Counted from the stretch's first letter, positions 1-14,280 are shown. The stretch is DNA of 64,000 bases from Octopus sinensis (GCF_006345805.1 NC_043020.1:15810001-15874000), one strand, 5' to 3'. Program-made: numbers and translations. Notes: generated by a model not told the origin, from the letters alone.

Positions 1-518
1 CACACACATATATATATATATATATACATACATATATATACATATACATACATATGTATACATATATATATATATTTATATATATATATATACATACATA
101 AATACATATACATACATATGTAAACATATATATATACACACATACATATATACATATATATATATATACATATGTATACATACATATATGTATACATATG
201 TATACATACATATATGTATACATATGTATATATACATATATGTATACATATGTATATATACATATAAATACATATGTATACATACATATGTATACATATA
301 TATATATATACATATACATGTGTATACATATATATATATATACATATACATGTGTATACATATATATATATATACATATACATGTGTATACATATATATA
401 TATATATATATATATATGTATACATACATATACATATGTACACATACAAATATATACACATATGTATGCATACATATACATACACATGTATGCATACATA
501 TACACATATATGTGTGTG

Positions 519-578
<60 letters not shown>

Positions 579-588
579 TATGTGTGTG

Positions 589-626
<38 letters not shown>

Positions 627-673
627 CACATATATATGTGTGTGTATGTGTGTATATATATATATGTGTGTGT
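1..673. repeat. (TA)n/(TACA)n/(TG)n compound microsatellite
   Basis: Pure low-complexity dinucleotide and tetranucleotide runs. Confidence 0.97.
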
Positions 674-929
674 AATCTTATCTGGACTATATACTCTAAA
701 CATAATCTCTTCCCCCCCCCACGTTTTTGTTTGTGCTATCTACAATCATTTGAATAAACAGATTTCTTAGTTACCTCATTTCATTTAGGTTAAGCACAAC
801 ATGGATACATACAAACGCATACACACACAGAAACACACATACAAGTACACACATTTACACACATACATGTACAAGATATGCATACACATACATAATAATG
901 CAGGCTCTCTCTGTCTTTCCATACATATA

Positions 930-1130
930 TATTGTTCAATTTTATAGAAAATCAAAGGGAAAGACAGACATAGGAACGACAAGCAAGTGCATTGATGCTT
1001 GGGAGAAATGGAAAAGCCCTTCAAGTTTCGAGCATATGCTCTTCGACAGAAAGGAATAAAAAGAAATAAATAGAGAAGGAAAAATAAATGTGTTGAGTTC
1101 AGAGGTCCAACATGTCGATACATACATACA
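930..1130 (-). mobile_element. Penelope-like terminal-repeat remnant with degenerate minimal hammerhead motif (1018-1054)
   Basis: Minus strand CCTTT CTGTCGA A GAGC-atat-GCTC GAAAC; similar to 14417-14452. Penelope assignment is inferred from the motif type. Confidence 0.5.
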
Positions 1131-1285
1131 GTAATATATTTACAAATGTACATATACATGCATATATGTGTGTGTATACAGCATGCTTAGGCTAAATTTG
1201 ACAGTTTGCATAAAAAGAAAGGAAAACGCAATATCCCATCCAAAAATGAAAGTATTTAAAAACAAAAATTTAAATATCAATATCC

Positions 1286-1665
1286 GGAGTGGCTGTGTGG
1301 TAAGTAGCTTGCTTACCAACCACATGGTTGCGGGTTCAATCCCAATGCGTGGCACCTTGGCCAAGTGTCTCCTATTATAGCCTTGGGCCGACCAATGCCT
1401 TGTGAGTGGATTTGGTAGACGGAAACTGAAAGAAGCCCGTTGTATATAAGTATATATATGTGTGTGAGTGTGTGTGTTTGTGTGTCTGTGTTTGTCCTCC
1501 CAACATCGCTTGACAACCGGTGGTGGTGTGTTTACGTCCCTGTAACTTAGCAGTTCGGCAACAGAGACTGATAGAACAAGTACTAGGCCTACAAAGAATA
1601 AGTCCTGGGGTCAATTTGCCTGACTAAAGGTGGTGCTCCAGCATGGCCGCAGTCAAATGGCTGAA
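1286..1665 (+). mobile_element. SINE family A (tRNA-like head, central TA/TG microsatellite)
   Basis: GGAGTGGCTGTGTGGTAAG head with B-box-like GGTTC(A)ATCCC; about 20 copies or fragments in the window. An inverted 5'-half copy follows at ~1670-1850. Confidence 0.9.
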
Positions 1666-2399
1666 ACATACATATATATATATACATATATACGACGGGT
1701 TTCTTTCATTTTCTGTCTACCAAATCCACTCACAAGGCTTTGGTTGGCCCGAGGCTATCGTAGAAGACACTTGCCCAAGATGCCACGCAGTGGGACTGAA
1801 CCCGGAACCATGTGGTTGGTAAGCAAGTTACTTACCACACAGCCACTCCTACAAACTTTTTCTTAAGTACAACTTTAGCCTTTGTGCTCTCCAACACCAT
1901 TCACTGTTTACCAATACTGATCATGAGGAAAGGAGATACAAAAAAACCATTACATTTAATCTGAACACCTCTGTATGTAAGAAAAAACAAAAATGAAACA
2001 TGTAAACAGAATAGAAAATTATTCTCTAAAATGGCCACTATACCCTAAACTATAAAATATCAGACCCTCTCTAAAATGTTTGTGTTTTTGTATAGTGTCC
2101 ACCATTCTGCAAAATATTCGCTTTTCACTAAAATGTTCACATCAGTGAGGTCACCAAGAACCTGTAAGACAAGACCCCTTAAATGGGATAGTATTGAGGG
2201 ATAAAAAAATTTGATTGAGAGATAAGAGCAGCTGTCTTGCTGCAAGAGGTGAACACATGGCTTGCAGTGTTTGTGTGTGTCTGTGAGTGAGAGAGAGAGA
2301 GAGATGTGAGGTCAAGGTACAAGGTGAATATGAATGACAGAAATGGATAGAACATTGGTTCTCAACCAATTTTTATCTATGGACTCCTTTGATTACATT

Positions 2400-2848
2400 G
2401 TGTAACACGATTTTTGCTGTTGGATAGCAACTGTTATTTCCTATTTGCTTATCCCTAGGAACTATGAAAAATGGCTAATATTCCCTTCAAACTTTGCTTT
2501 TGTTAAGATATTTATTCAAATCCCAAAGAATCCCTCTCAACAAGAGGCTCCTGCTCATGATCAGAGGCACATATACTGTTAGCCACTAAGGGACATACTC
2601 CAGTGGTTAAGGTTAAACAACTCTATGGGATTGAGTAGAATATTTGCTATAACGATATTTCTGCATCAGCAACTCAGTGCTGAATCTGTCTGAAATGTAA
2701 TGGAAAATAGGTCAGTTTCAAAACCTTGATGTCCAAGTCACAAAAGCAAAGTTTGAAGGGAATTTTTCCTTTGATTTCTAGATAGAAGCAAATAGGAAAT
2801 AACACTTACTGACCAAAGGCAAAAATAAAAATAAAAATTTTGTTACAC
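2400..2848. mobile_element. MITE with ~105-bp imperfect terminal inverted repeats
   Basis: GTGTAACA...TGTTACAC ends; internal blocks TGTTATTTCCTATTTGCTT and TTCCCTTCAAACTTTGCTTTTGT recur inverted at 2739-2848. Confidence 0.7.
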
Positions 2849-3004
2849 CGTGATACTATTTTATTCTAGTGGACCCCTATTGCCATTTGATGTTTAAAAA
2901 CTAGTTTTATAGGTACTCCTTTCAAAATTGCTATTTCATACATCATACATTCACTTACGTAGTTTAAATTATGTAAAATGTTAGAGAAAGACACAGAGTT
3001 GTTT

Positions 3005-3355
3005 CTTGCAATTGCTGAGCTGAGACCCCCTTCGGTCATGAATGACCATGGGATTGCACCTAGAAAGTTACCCTCCCAGGCACAAGTCCAGGCAAGGTTG
3101 TTTATGGAAGACCAGTAGTTGCCGATCATACCAGCCTCCCCTCACTACACCACCAGTGTTATCCAAAGGAAAGGCAAAGGCTGATACAGCTTGGCACCCG
3201 TGACATCGCCACTCATTTCTACAGCTGAGTGAACCGGATCAACGTGAAATAAAGTGTCTTGCTCAAGAACACAACACGCAGCCCGGTCCGGGATTAGAAC
3301 TCACAACCTCATGATCGTAAGCTCGATGCTCTAACCACTGAGCCATCTGCCTTCA
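3005..3355 (-). mobile_element. SINE family C (tRNA-like head GGCGCATGGCTCAGTGGTTAGAGC)
   Basis: Reverse complement of the copy at 10141-10470. Confidence 0.85.
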
Positions 3356-3739
3356 CTTTCTTGCAATAAATACATCTAAAAGAAATTTTTTTCATGGATT
3401 TTTAAAATGCTACCATGGATCCCCAATTTCCCATTTTGCTTGCATGGATCCCACCCAGAATCTTATATGAACCCTGATTGAGAAATGCTGGGATAAAGGA
3501 ACAGAAAAGGAGAACGTGTATGTAAGTCCAGCTTTTTCTGAAATGTCTCCCTTTCACCATAATGTCCACTTTCACTATAGTGACCACCGTTCTCTTGTAT
3601 GTTGATCATAAACTGTACATCGTATCCTGAAATGTTCACATTTCAACAGTTAAGTATTTCCTTTATTTGTGTCACCATACTTTTCGTCTGATCTGCTTAC
3701 GTCTTTTCTTTGGCCTTCATGTATATGAAAATGTGTGTG

Positions 3740-3740
3740 A

Positions 3741-3785
<45 letters not shown>

Positions 3786-3812
3786 CATATATATATACAT
3801 ATATATATATAC

Positions 3813-3851
<39 letters not shown>

Positions 3852-4484
3852 ATATATATATATACATATATACATATACATATATACATATACATATATA
3901 TATATACATATATATCTACATATACATATATATATACATTTACATATATATCTACATATACATATATACATATATATATATACATATATATATATACATA
4001 TATATCTACATATACATATACATATATATATACATTTACATATATATCTACATATACATATACATATATATATATACATCTACATATACATATATACATA
4101 TATACATATACATCTACATCTACATATACATATACATATATATATACATATACATATACCTATACATATATATATATACATATACATATATATAGACCCC
4201 AGTTGAACCGTCCAACCCATGCTACCATGGAGAGCAGACGCTAAATGATGATGATGATGATATACATATATATATATACATATAAATATACATATATATA
4301 TACATATATACATATACATATATATGTACATATATATACATATATATACATATATACATACATATATACATACATACACATACATATACACATACATACA
4401 TACATACATACACATACATATACATACATACATACATATATTTATATATATGAATGTGTATGAGTGAATGTGAGAGTGTATGAA

Positions 4485-4537
<53 letters not shown>

Positions 4538-4700
4538 ATAAGAAATACAAAGAGAGAAAGAAAGAGAGAGAGAGAGAGAGACTGTGTAGAAGCATTGTAA
4601 AAGTGCAGTGCATACATGTGTGTATATGTGCAATGAGAGAATGTTTGTGTGTCTACACATGTATGTATGTGCCTCTGTGTGTGTGTGTGTGGTGTGTGTG
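3740..4700. repeat. Compound microsatellites (TA, TACA, GAT, GA, TG)
   Basis: Low-complexity runs. Confidence 0.93.
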
Positions 4701-5475
4701 TATGTGTGTGTGTAAGTGCATGTCTCTCTTTAAAAGCAAAGGAGCTAGAAAGAAGCTAATTTCAATCAAAAACGGGAAAACCCAATCATCATTATCACTC
4801 CTGTCGAAACATCATCAGTTTTTATGGACAGTAGGCAAAAACACCAACCTGCTCCTTACCATTGCCACCCACCGCCACCACCAACATCATTGTCATCAAC
4901 AACAATACTACAACTGCCACTACCACCACCATAGTCACTCCAACTCTGAACACCAACAGCATCTCACTATAGGTTTGAGACGTCAGAACAATTATATCAA
5001 CCTCCATACTGTAATAATCACATGCTGGCCTTCATCATGAACTCAGGTGATGTTGGGGAGGAGTAGGCCTTGAAGAACTATTGATTGGATCAGGACAGTT
5101 TTTATGGCCAGTTATCCTTGCTAGTATTGCAAAACCCTTTGGGAAGATATTATATAAGACCATGTGTTAACGACAGGTAGATTTTTCCCCGTCTCTATTT
5201 GAAGGTAATTGTCTGAAAGGTAGGAACAATACCAACAACTTACTTTGGCTTTCCGAGATTTGAGGAATGTGTGTTGCAGCTCTAACCTGGATCAGGTCTC
5301 TGATCAAAAGTATTCCGTCTAGAACCATTCTGTCTTTTATTCAGACAAAATATGTCAAGATTACTCTAATCCTTTTAATTCTAACCCACCTGAAACCACT
5401 CCTGGTTCTATGTTTTAAAGTAATCTAAATAAAAAAAAAACGTTCATCAAAATTTGAAGTTGATTTATGTTCCAA

Positions 5476-5506
<31 letters not shown>

Positions 5507-5508
<2 letters not shown>

Positions 5509-7160
5509 GGCAGTGAGCTAACAGAATGGTTAGCATGCCATGCTTAGCAGTATTTTATTTATCCTTGTGTTCTGAGCTCAAATTCCACTGAGACTGACTT
5601 TGCCTTTTATCCTATTGGGATTGATGAAATGAGTACCAGTGAAATACTATGGGTCAGTGTAATCGACTAGTCTCCTCCCATCACATTTTCAGGCCTTGTG
5701 CCTATTGTAGAAAGGATTATTATTATTATCATTATTATTATCACTATTATTATTATTATTATTATCATTATTATTATTCATGTAAGCACAACAAATTAGA
5801 CTGTTGGAAAAGAAAAAATCCTAACCTCAGGCTACAACAAGCAACCTTAGATGCCAAGAACCTTTCTAAGTATCCTAGCTGACCCTAATAACACTGTTTT
5901 TTTAAGGAACTGTACTAAACTGGGCTTTTATGCCTATTTCCTCTATCCATGTATTCACATCTTTAGGGATAGTTCCTAATGCACCTATAACTACTGGGAT
6001 ACATTTTACTTGCTATTATTATTATTGTTATTATTATTATTAAGGCGGTGAGTGGTAGACTCATTAGCATGCTGGGCTAAATGCTTAGCCGTATTTCGCT
6101 TGTCGCTACATTCTGAGTTCAAATTCAGCCGAGGTCGACTTTGCCATTCATCCTTTCAAGGTTGATAAATTAAGTACCAGTAATACACTGGGATCAATAT
6201 AATTTACTTACTCCCTCTCCAAAATGGCTACCCTTGTGGAAAAATTTGAACCATTATTATTATTATCATTATTATTATTATTAATACTTGTCCCACTTCT
6301 CTACATCTGCTGTTGCTTCTCTCTGAGATGTTTGGTTTCTGCAGAAAACTTGTCCATTTTGGGTGGTTTATTACTTCCTGCCATCATCACAGCTGTATCC
6401 ATCATAGTAATAATGATTTTCTCTGAAAAGGAGCCGAGATCATTGTCCGTTTGATGTTGTTCCAAGGCTTCAAACTTGTTGCTAAGCAGTAGTTGGAATT
6501 CTGTTGCCTTTGCCAATAGCACCACAGAGTTTGGCTTTTCTGAGCGTTTGGTCAGTCTAGCTTCTTCTTGCTTTGCATTGATGGTGACTGATGTGCCTAG
6601 TAGGCAGTGGTTGCTACTAGTATGGAAAATGTTAATGATTGACACATCTTGAAATAGCTGTAACTTGTTATTAAGGTGGTGAGCTGGCAGAATCATTAGC
6701 ACATTGGGTAAAATGCTAAATGGCATTTCATCTGTCTTTACATTCTGAGTTCAAATTCCACTGAGGCTGACTTTCCCTTTCATCCTTTCAGGGTCAATAA
6801 AATAAGTACCAGTTGAGCACTGGGATTGATGTACTTGACTTAACCCCTCCCCTGTACTTACTGGCCTTGTGCCAAATGTTGATATTACTACTACTATTAT
6901 TATTATTATTATTATCATTATTATTATTATTATTACTATTATTAAGGAGGCAAGCTGGCAGAATTGTTAGCAGGGTGGGTAAAATGCTTAGTGGCATTTC
7001 GTCCAACTGCACAATTTGAGTTCAAATTCTGCCAAAGTCGACTTTGCCTTTCATCCTTTCAGGATAGATAAAGTAAGTACCAGTGAAACGCTGGAGGTCG
7101 ATGTAATTGACTAGTCCTCTCCCACCAAATTCCAGACCTTGTGCCTTTAGTAGAAAGGAT
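5507..7160 (+). mobile_element. Cluster of four diverged SINE family B copies separated by (ATT)n
   Basis: AAGGCRGYGAGCTGGCAGAA...GAGTTCAAATTCC...GTCGACTTTGCCTTTCATCC motifs at ~5507, 6042, 6673, 6945. Confidence 0.85.
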
Positions 7161-7259
7161 TATTATTATTATTATTATTATTATTATCATTATTATTATT
7201 GTTGCTGTTGTTATATAGGGCAGTGAGCTGGCAGAATCATTAGCGTGCCAGATGAAATA

Positions 7260-7796
7260 TTGGGTTGTCTGCAAAGTTCTTTGCCGATTTATAGTAGCTT
7301 ACTTTTCGATTTATTTTAGAACATGGTTGAGTCCATATAATAGAATTTGACTACACCTCCATTTAGAGCACAATTTAAGCTATCTTTTCATGGAAGAAGG
7401 TTTATGTTCCTATAACCTGTGTTAATTCTGTAACCCTTTAAACTGGAAGATAAGAAAGTTCATTTTCGGCACTTGATGCTTTGGGAACCAGACAAAAATT
7501 GCTGCAGCTTGGTTGGGATGTGTTACCCCACCCTCCATATTCACCAGATATTGCTCCTTCGGATTTCCACTTATTCAGGTCTTTGCAGAATAGTCTTAAT
7601 GGTAAAAATTTCAATTCCTTGAATGGCATAAAAAGATAACTTGATGAATTCTTTGTTAAAGGAAAGTTAAAGGAAAGATGGAGACGCATTGTGCAACAAA
7701 ATGGCTCATATTTGGTTGATTAAAAATGTAATGGAGAGTATTTATTGACTCTTTTCTTTCCTTTAAAAACCGGCACAAACTTTCCGGACAACCCAA
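7260..7796 (+). mobile_element. Internally deleted mariner element nested in a SINE B copy
   Basis: TA-flanked TIRs TTGGGTTGTC.../...GACAACCCAA; retains transposase C-terminus LGWDVLPHPPYSPDIAPSDFHLFRSLQNSL. Confidence 0.9.
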
Positions 7797-7945
7797 TATT
7801 TACTTCCACTGAAGTTGACTTTATCTTTCATCCTTTCAGAGTTGATAAATTAAGTACCAGTGAAACACTGAGGACAATGTAATCAACTAGTCCACTCCCT
7901 ATACATTTCAGGCCTTCTGCCTGAAGTAGAAAAGATTGTTATAAA

Positions 7946-8535
7946 GGCGCAGGAGTGGCTGTGTGGTAAGTAGCTTGTTTGCCAAACACATGGTTCCGGG
8001 TTCAGTCCCACTGCGTGGTACCTTGGGCAAGTGTCTTCTACTATAGCCTCGAGCCGACCAAAGCCTTGTGAGTGGATTTGGTAGACGGAAACTGAAAGAA
8101 GTCCATCATATATATATATATATATATAGGCGCAGGAGTGGCTGTGTGGTAAGTAGCTTGTTTACCAACCACATGGTTCTGGGTTCAGTCCCACTGCGTG
8201 GCACCTTGGGCGAGTGTCTTCTACTATAGCCTCAGGCCAACCAAAGCCTTGTGTGTGGATTTGGTAGACGGAAACTGAAAGAAGCCCGTCGTATATATGT
8301 ATATATATATATGCGTGTGTGTGTTTGTGTGTCTGTGTTTGTCCCCCTAGCATTGCTTGACAACCGATACTGGTGTGTTTATGTCCCCGTTACTTAGCGG
8401 TTCAGCAAAAGAGACCGATAGAATAAGTACTGGGCTTACAAACGAACAAGTCCCGGGGTCGAGTTGCTCGATTAAAGGCGGTGCTCCAGCATGGCCGCAG
8501 TCAAATGACTGAAACAAGTAAAAGAAAGAAAAGAG
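7946..8535 (+). mobile_element. SINE family A: 5' half followed by a complete copy
   Basis: Head repeated at ~7946 and ~8129. Confidence 0.9.
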
Positions 8536-9224
8536 AGAAAGGCAGTGAATTGCCAAAATTATCAGCACGCCAGACAAAATGCTCAGCAGTATTTCAATCC
8601 GAGTTCAAATTCCACTGAGGTCGACTTTGCCTTTCGTCCTTTCGGGGGGTCGATAAAATAAGTACCAGTTACGCACTGGGGCTCAATATACCTGACTTGC
8701 CCACTGTCCTCAAATCACTGGCCTTGTGCCAAAATATGAAAGAATTATTATCAATGTTATGATTTTGTGCCTATGTAAGAAACTACTGCTACTGCTGCTG
8801 CTACTACGACTGCTGCTGCTGCTGCTACTACGACTGCTGCTGCTGCAGTGTCTTCACACTGAGTACAAAGGTGTTAAGCAATTACGTTGTTAATGGAATC
8901 GTGAGTGTGTCTCATTACAGATTAGTTAACGAAGCTGAAGAAAAAATTGTAAGGTGCAATGACGATAGTTAAAAACATCTCACAGCAACACGGTGCAGTG
9001 TGCAGTCGGCTAAGGACGAGTGTTTCCCCCGACACATCAACGTAATAGACTTATTACTTATCGATGAAAATCAGCAGAAATAAAAACAACCAAAAAAACC
9101 AACCAAGTAAACAGAAGACGAGAAAATAGCAAACGACAAAAATAAAAAAAAAACAAACAAACAAAAAGAAATACAACGGCGAACAAATAAACAAACATAA
9201 GCAAAGAGTTATTTTAGATAAAAC

Positions 9225-9227
9225 ATC

Positions 9228-9259
<32 letters not shown>

Positions 9260-9948
9260 TATGTCTTTAGTTTGGTTGGAATTTATGTGACCTGTGAGAT
9301 AACAAACATCAACCTACCCAACTGATGGAAGATAATGACTATCGCACTGTCTTTTCACAGCCGCCGCCATCACTACCACCACCACCACCACCACCAATAA
9401 CAACAACAACTACCATCCTCATCATCATCATGATCATCATCGTCATCTTAATTATCGTTATGCCACTGTCAACATCAAAATCCTCATTACAGTTATTGTC
9501 ACTGCTACCACCGCCACCACCACCATCACCACCACCACTACCACCATCATCACCACCATTACCACCACCACTACCATCACCACCATCACCACCTCCACTG
9601 CTTTTATCCTCCATGTCTTTGTCATGGTTGTCTTTACCTATCTTTATGACCCTCATTATCAACACCTGCACAGTTATAACCAACATCATCATCATCATCA
9701 GCAGCAGCAGCATGATCATCAAAATCACCATGGCCACCACCAGCTTCCATGTTGCCACCTTCAAACCATCAGTACTCATCTTCATCATCATCATCATCAT
9801 CATTACCCTGCTTTCTTGTTGCCACCTTTATACCATCATTATGCTTTATTGTCAACATAATCATCATCATTGTTGTAACAATTACTACTACTACTACTAC
9901 TATTACAACCACCACCACCGCCACTACTACTACTATTAAAATCACCAT

Positions 9949-9992
<44 letters not shown>

Positions 9993-10000
9993 TTGCTGCT
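9225..10000. repeat. Mosaic trinucleotide repeats (ATT, CAC, CAT, TAC)
   Basis: Low complexity; explains the poly-P/T/I/H ORFs. Confidence 0.9.
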
Positions 10001-10140
10001 GCTGTTCCCTTGTCAACAAATCCCAACCACAGCAGCCACTGACCAGCAGTGACCACAAAAATTCCTGCCAATATTGGTTAATGTGGGTGGTAAATGGTTC
10101 CATCTTGACATCTGCCATTCTGAAATATCATGGTAGTAGT

Positions 10141-10470
10141 GGCGCATGGCTCAGTGGTTAGAGCGTCGAACTTACGATCATGAGGTTGTGAGCTCGAATC
10201 CCGGAACGGGCTGCGTGTTGTGTTCTTGAGCAAGACACTTTATTTCACGTTGCTCCAGTTCACTCAGCTGTAGAAACGAGTTGCGACGTCACAGGTGCCA
10301 AGCTGTATCGGCCCTTGCCTTTCCCTTGGACAACATCGGTGACGTGGAGAGGGGAGGCCGGTATGCATGGGCGACTGCTGGTCTTCCATAAAAACAACCT
10401 TCCCCAGACTTGTGCCTCAGAGGGTAACTCTCTAGGTGCAAACCCATGTCATTGTCTGACCGAAGGGGGT
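10141..10470 (+). mobile_element. SINE family C
   Basis: A-box TGGCTCAGTGG and B-box-like GCTCGAATCC; four copies in the window. Confidence 0.88.
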
Positions 10471-10835
10471 CATTTTATTTTTAAGTGGCAGCGACAATAA
10501 TGGTAGTAGGAGTGGTAATGGTGAGGGGTCTTTGTAGGTGATTGTTGGTGAGAGAGGTGAATGCCCACCATGTCCAGAGGGGCTGAACTTTCTGCTCCTT
10601 TTATTGCCATGATCTTTTGGAACGGATTAGTTTTGTTTAAGCAAATTTTGAAAATAATAAAGAATTTTGTTCATCATTACCTTCAAATTTCACTTTCAAA
10701 TATGAGATCAACTTTCCCCTCCACCCTTTTGGGGCTGGTAAAATACGTGCCAGCTGAACATTGGGATTGATGTTATCAACTAGCCCTGTTCCCCAAAATG
10801 TCAGCCCTTGATCCTATAGTAGAAAGAATTATTAA

Positions 10836-11056
10836 CCCTTTAGCATTTAAACCGGCCATATCCAGCCAAAAGTATTCTGCCTGTTTTATGTTCAAACTGG
10901 CCGGATCTGGTCTCTCACACCAACCCTACAATATCATCTTAAAAATGAACAGCTACCTCATCAAAATCTCCTAGCTACAAGATAATGCATGATTAGTTCA
11001 AAACAATGTGGATAAAAAAGCATTAATTTTGGCAGAATAATAAGAACACTAAAGGA
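10836..11056. mobile_element. piggyBac-like MITE
   Basis: TTAA-CCCTTTAGCATT start and ...CTAAAGGA-TTAA end; related copy at 55795-56014. Confidence 0.75.
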
Positions 11057-11588
11057 TTAAGCCAATAAACAAAATATTTCTACCAGTTCAAATATGCTTG
11101 GAGCATATTTGAACCCATAAGAAAGCCATTCACTATCTTTTGTCATGGAGGAAATTTCTTGCTGTAGACAAATGATGCAACTACACCAAAATCAGTTTGT
11201 AACACTACAGTAATTCCTCGAGTATAATCCACACTTTTTCCCAAAATTTAAAGGTCAAAATCCCTAGTGTGTTCTATATACGAGGTCAAAAATGAAAATT
11301 ATTTTCTAAGCAATGTCCGAGTCTCTATATGCTGTCCGGCAATGTTTATTCAGACACATTTTGTGATGTTGGGCACGAAAATACCTTAAATCATCCATAA
11401 CTTGCAGTTAGCAATATTTATTAAACGTTATTACTGTAATTTCTTTATTTTCTGCAAACAAAATGCACAATCCCATCAGTTGACTCTCAGAATCTTTCTG
11501 AGGCACCTTTGATGGAATGCATTTAGTTTTGTATTTGTCCTAAATGTGCTCTTCTAAGACTCACTAGCATAGAATGTAGCAGGCAGAA

Positions 11589-11994
11589 CTGGCAGAAGCG
11601 TTAGCGCGCCGGGTGAAATGCTTAGCGGTATTTCAACTGCCGTTATGTTCTGCGTTCAAATTCCGCCCAGGTCGACTTTGCCTTTCATCCTTTCGGGGTC
11701 GATAAATTAAGCACCAGTTACGCACTGGGGTCAATGCAATCGACTTAATACCTATGCCTGTCCTTGTTTGTCCCCTCTATGTTTAGCCCCTTGTGGGTAA
11801 TAAAGAAATAGGTATTTCGTCTGCCACTACGTTCTGTGTTCAAATTCCGCCCAGGTTGACTTTGCCTTTCATCCTTTCGGGGTCGATAAATTAAGCACCA
11901 GTTACGCACTGGGGTCGATGCAATCACCTTAATCTCTTTGTCTGTACTTGTTTGTCCCCTCTATGTTTAGCCCCTTGTGGGCAATAAAGAAATA
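11589..11994 (+). mobile_element. SINE family B dimer with 18-bp TSD
   Basis: AGAATGTAGCAGGCAGAA at 11571-11588 and 11995-12012. Confidence 0.9.
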
Positions 11995-12331
11995 AGAATG
12001 TAGCAGGCAGAATGATGGAGTTATATAGATGAAATTTCACATTCGTGCTGATGTTTGAGGCTACCCAGATGGAACACATACGTTGCAAGACTGTTGCTTC
12101 ACTTTCCAATCCTGCAAGCAAGCAATACACACAGTCATACATGCCTACGTTCAGTTCATTGCAGGATGAAGGCCTCTGTGAGTTCTCTCCATCAACCCTG
12201 GTCTGATGTAGAGGCTGTGAATTTGAGCTCGAGATTATACTGGTTTGAAGAGCCTACTCTGATACACTGACTTAATATGGCTTGGCGAAGGGGTGCAGTT
12301 TTTATACTTTTTTCCCCAGGAGGAGTTAAGT

Positions 12332-12399
<68 letters not shown>

Positions 12400-12519
12400 C
12401 AAGTGTGTGTATGTACCTGTACACACTGCATTTGCTTGTACAATGATGATGATGTTTATGGCCAACTTACACCTCAGCAATTTGATATACAAAGACTGGT
12501 GGAATAAAATTACTTCTTT

Positions 12520-12820
12520 GAAAAAAAAACAGGGGTTGGCATCAAGAAGGGCATCCAACCATAAAATACTGAGTCTAAAAATCTCTTCTGCCCCAGTTGC
12601 CAGCACGGAAAAAGTGGCTGTAATGATGATGATGGTATAAAAATTTTGCTATCTTTTGAAGTGGTTGGTACTAGGAAGACCATCCAACTCCAGAAACCAT
12701 GCCAAAACAGACAGAGGAGGTCAGCACAGCACTCTAGCTTGTAAATTCATGTCAAACCATCCAACCGATGTCAGCATGGAAAAAGGAACATTAAAGATGA
12801 CAGTAATGATGATGATGATA
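12520..12820 (+). mobile_element. Family E dispersed repeat with (GAT)n tail, probably LINE-3'-end related
   Basis: GGGTTGGC...AAGGGCATCCAGC...CCATCCAACCCATGCCAGCATGGAAA...GATGATGAT; also at ~21400, 39700, 60520 (+) and 16820, 57665 (-). Confidence 0.65.
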
Positions 12821-13919
12821 AATTCTTTTCTCTTTCTTTTTTAGCTCTAAGAAAAATATATTCCTTTTTCTTTTTACTTCTTTGTAAAAACCCGAGTAAT
12901 TTAAATTCAGCTCACAATTTATTTGGCTGTTTTAATGTTTTAATTTAATATTTAAAACTCTTTTATTTCTTTCATATTATTATCTCAAGGAAAAACAAAA
13001 CCTTGATTTAATTTCTATAACAATTTTTTTTAACCCATTTCTCATTAACTTTAAAATTCATTGGCATGGTACTTAATCTAATAGTCCGAGCAAATTATTC
13101 ACTTGATGATGATGGCGATGGTAACGGTGATAATGAGGATGATGATGATGATGATGATGATGTTTGCAGTTAAACATTATTCTTATGTTTGTTTGTCACT
13201 GGACTATAACCATGCCGGGACACTGCCTTCAGTTGATTAAATCAATTCCAGTACTTATTTTGAGTCTTGTATGGCTGAACACACACACACACACATTGGC
13301 AGTGTAACTACGCACATTCTGCTGGTGATTTCTTTTCCTTCATTGATTTCTTTCTCCTTTCTCATGAGAAGCTATGCTCAAAATGTCAAAAACTCTCCTT
13401 TTTTTCCATGAGAGTCAAGCTAATACATTGCTTGTGCATGTCCTCTTGTTGTCTGTCAATTTTATTATTCATCTATTTGAATTGACTATATACATAGACA
13501 CATACATTGCTTTCCAACCACTGTGTGGCACCTTGAGAGTGAATTTGATAGGGAGAAACTGAAAGAAACTCATTGTGTGTCTTTATGTCTGAGTTTGTCC
13601 CCCCAGCACCACCACCACCACTTGACAACCGGTCTTGGTGTGTTTACATCCATGTAACTCAGCAGTTTGGCAAAAGAGACAATACCAGTCTTAAAATAAA
13701 AAAAGAAGTACTGGGGTTGATTTATTCAACTAAAAGTTCTTCAAAAGCAGTGCCCCAGCTTGGTTGCAGTCTAATGACTGAAACGAGTAAAAAACAAATA
13801 TATATATATATATATATATATCCGTAATAATGAAGGGTGAAATAATTAATTTGGAAAAATTTCAATTACACCAAGTAGTCTTCGGCATGTAAAAGCCTCA
13901 TTCGAGGAAAATTTAAGTA

Positions 13920-14280
13920 ATACTAAGCAATAAGGGTTAGCAACGAGTTGCCTTACCACATACCGAATTTAGAAATAGCAGTCAAAGGTTATAGCTATTT
14001 CTTCTACTAAAAAGGGAGATCTCAGTAAAAACAGCATTTGGAAGGCAGACACAAACAGGTAAGAGAGAATGAATTGACTGCAATCTATTGGATAACTAAA
14101 AAAATGTATGATAGATTGCAGTCAATTCATTCTCTCCTACCTGTTGTGTCTGCCTTCCAAATGCTGTTTTTACTGAGATCTCCCTTTTTAGTAGAAGAAA
14201 TAGCTATAACACTTTGACTGCTATTTCTAAATTCGGTATGTGGTAAGGCAACTCGTTGCTAAACCCTTATTGCTTAGTAT
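13920..14280. repeat. ~170-bp-arm inverted repeat with 22-bp spacer
   Basis: 13920-14088 is a near-perfect reverse complement of 14111-14280. Confidence 0.93.

Noticed and set aside
76-770. Y/I/M/H/T/C/V-rich ORFs here and at 3650-4660, 26317-26838, 34439-36039, 37242-37978, 49441-49802, 52696-54480
   Set aside because: Translations of TA/CA/TG microsatellites, which lack stop codons
9325-10071. Proline-rich and Thr/His-rich ORFs (also 63170-63976)
   Set aside because: Trinucleotide mosaics open on both strands with no domain signal
10141-10215. tRNA genes at SINE heads
   Set aside because: A/B-box-like motifs run directly into SINE bodies shared by many diverged copies; no clean cloverleaf
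11207-11560. Possible pogo/Tigger-like 5' terminus (TACAGTAATTCCTCGAG...)
   Set aside because: No matching second TIR or transposase found; too weak to list
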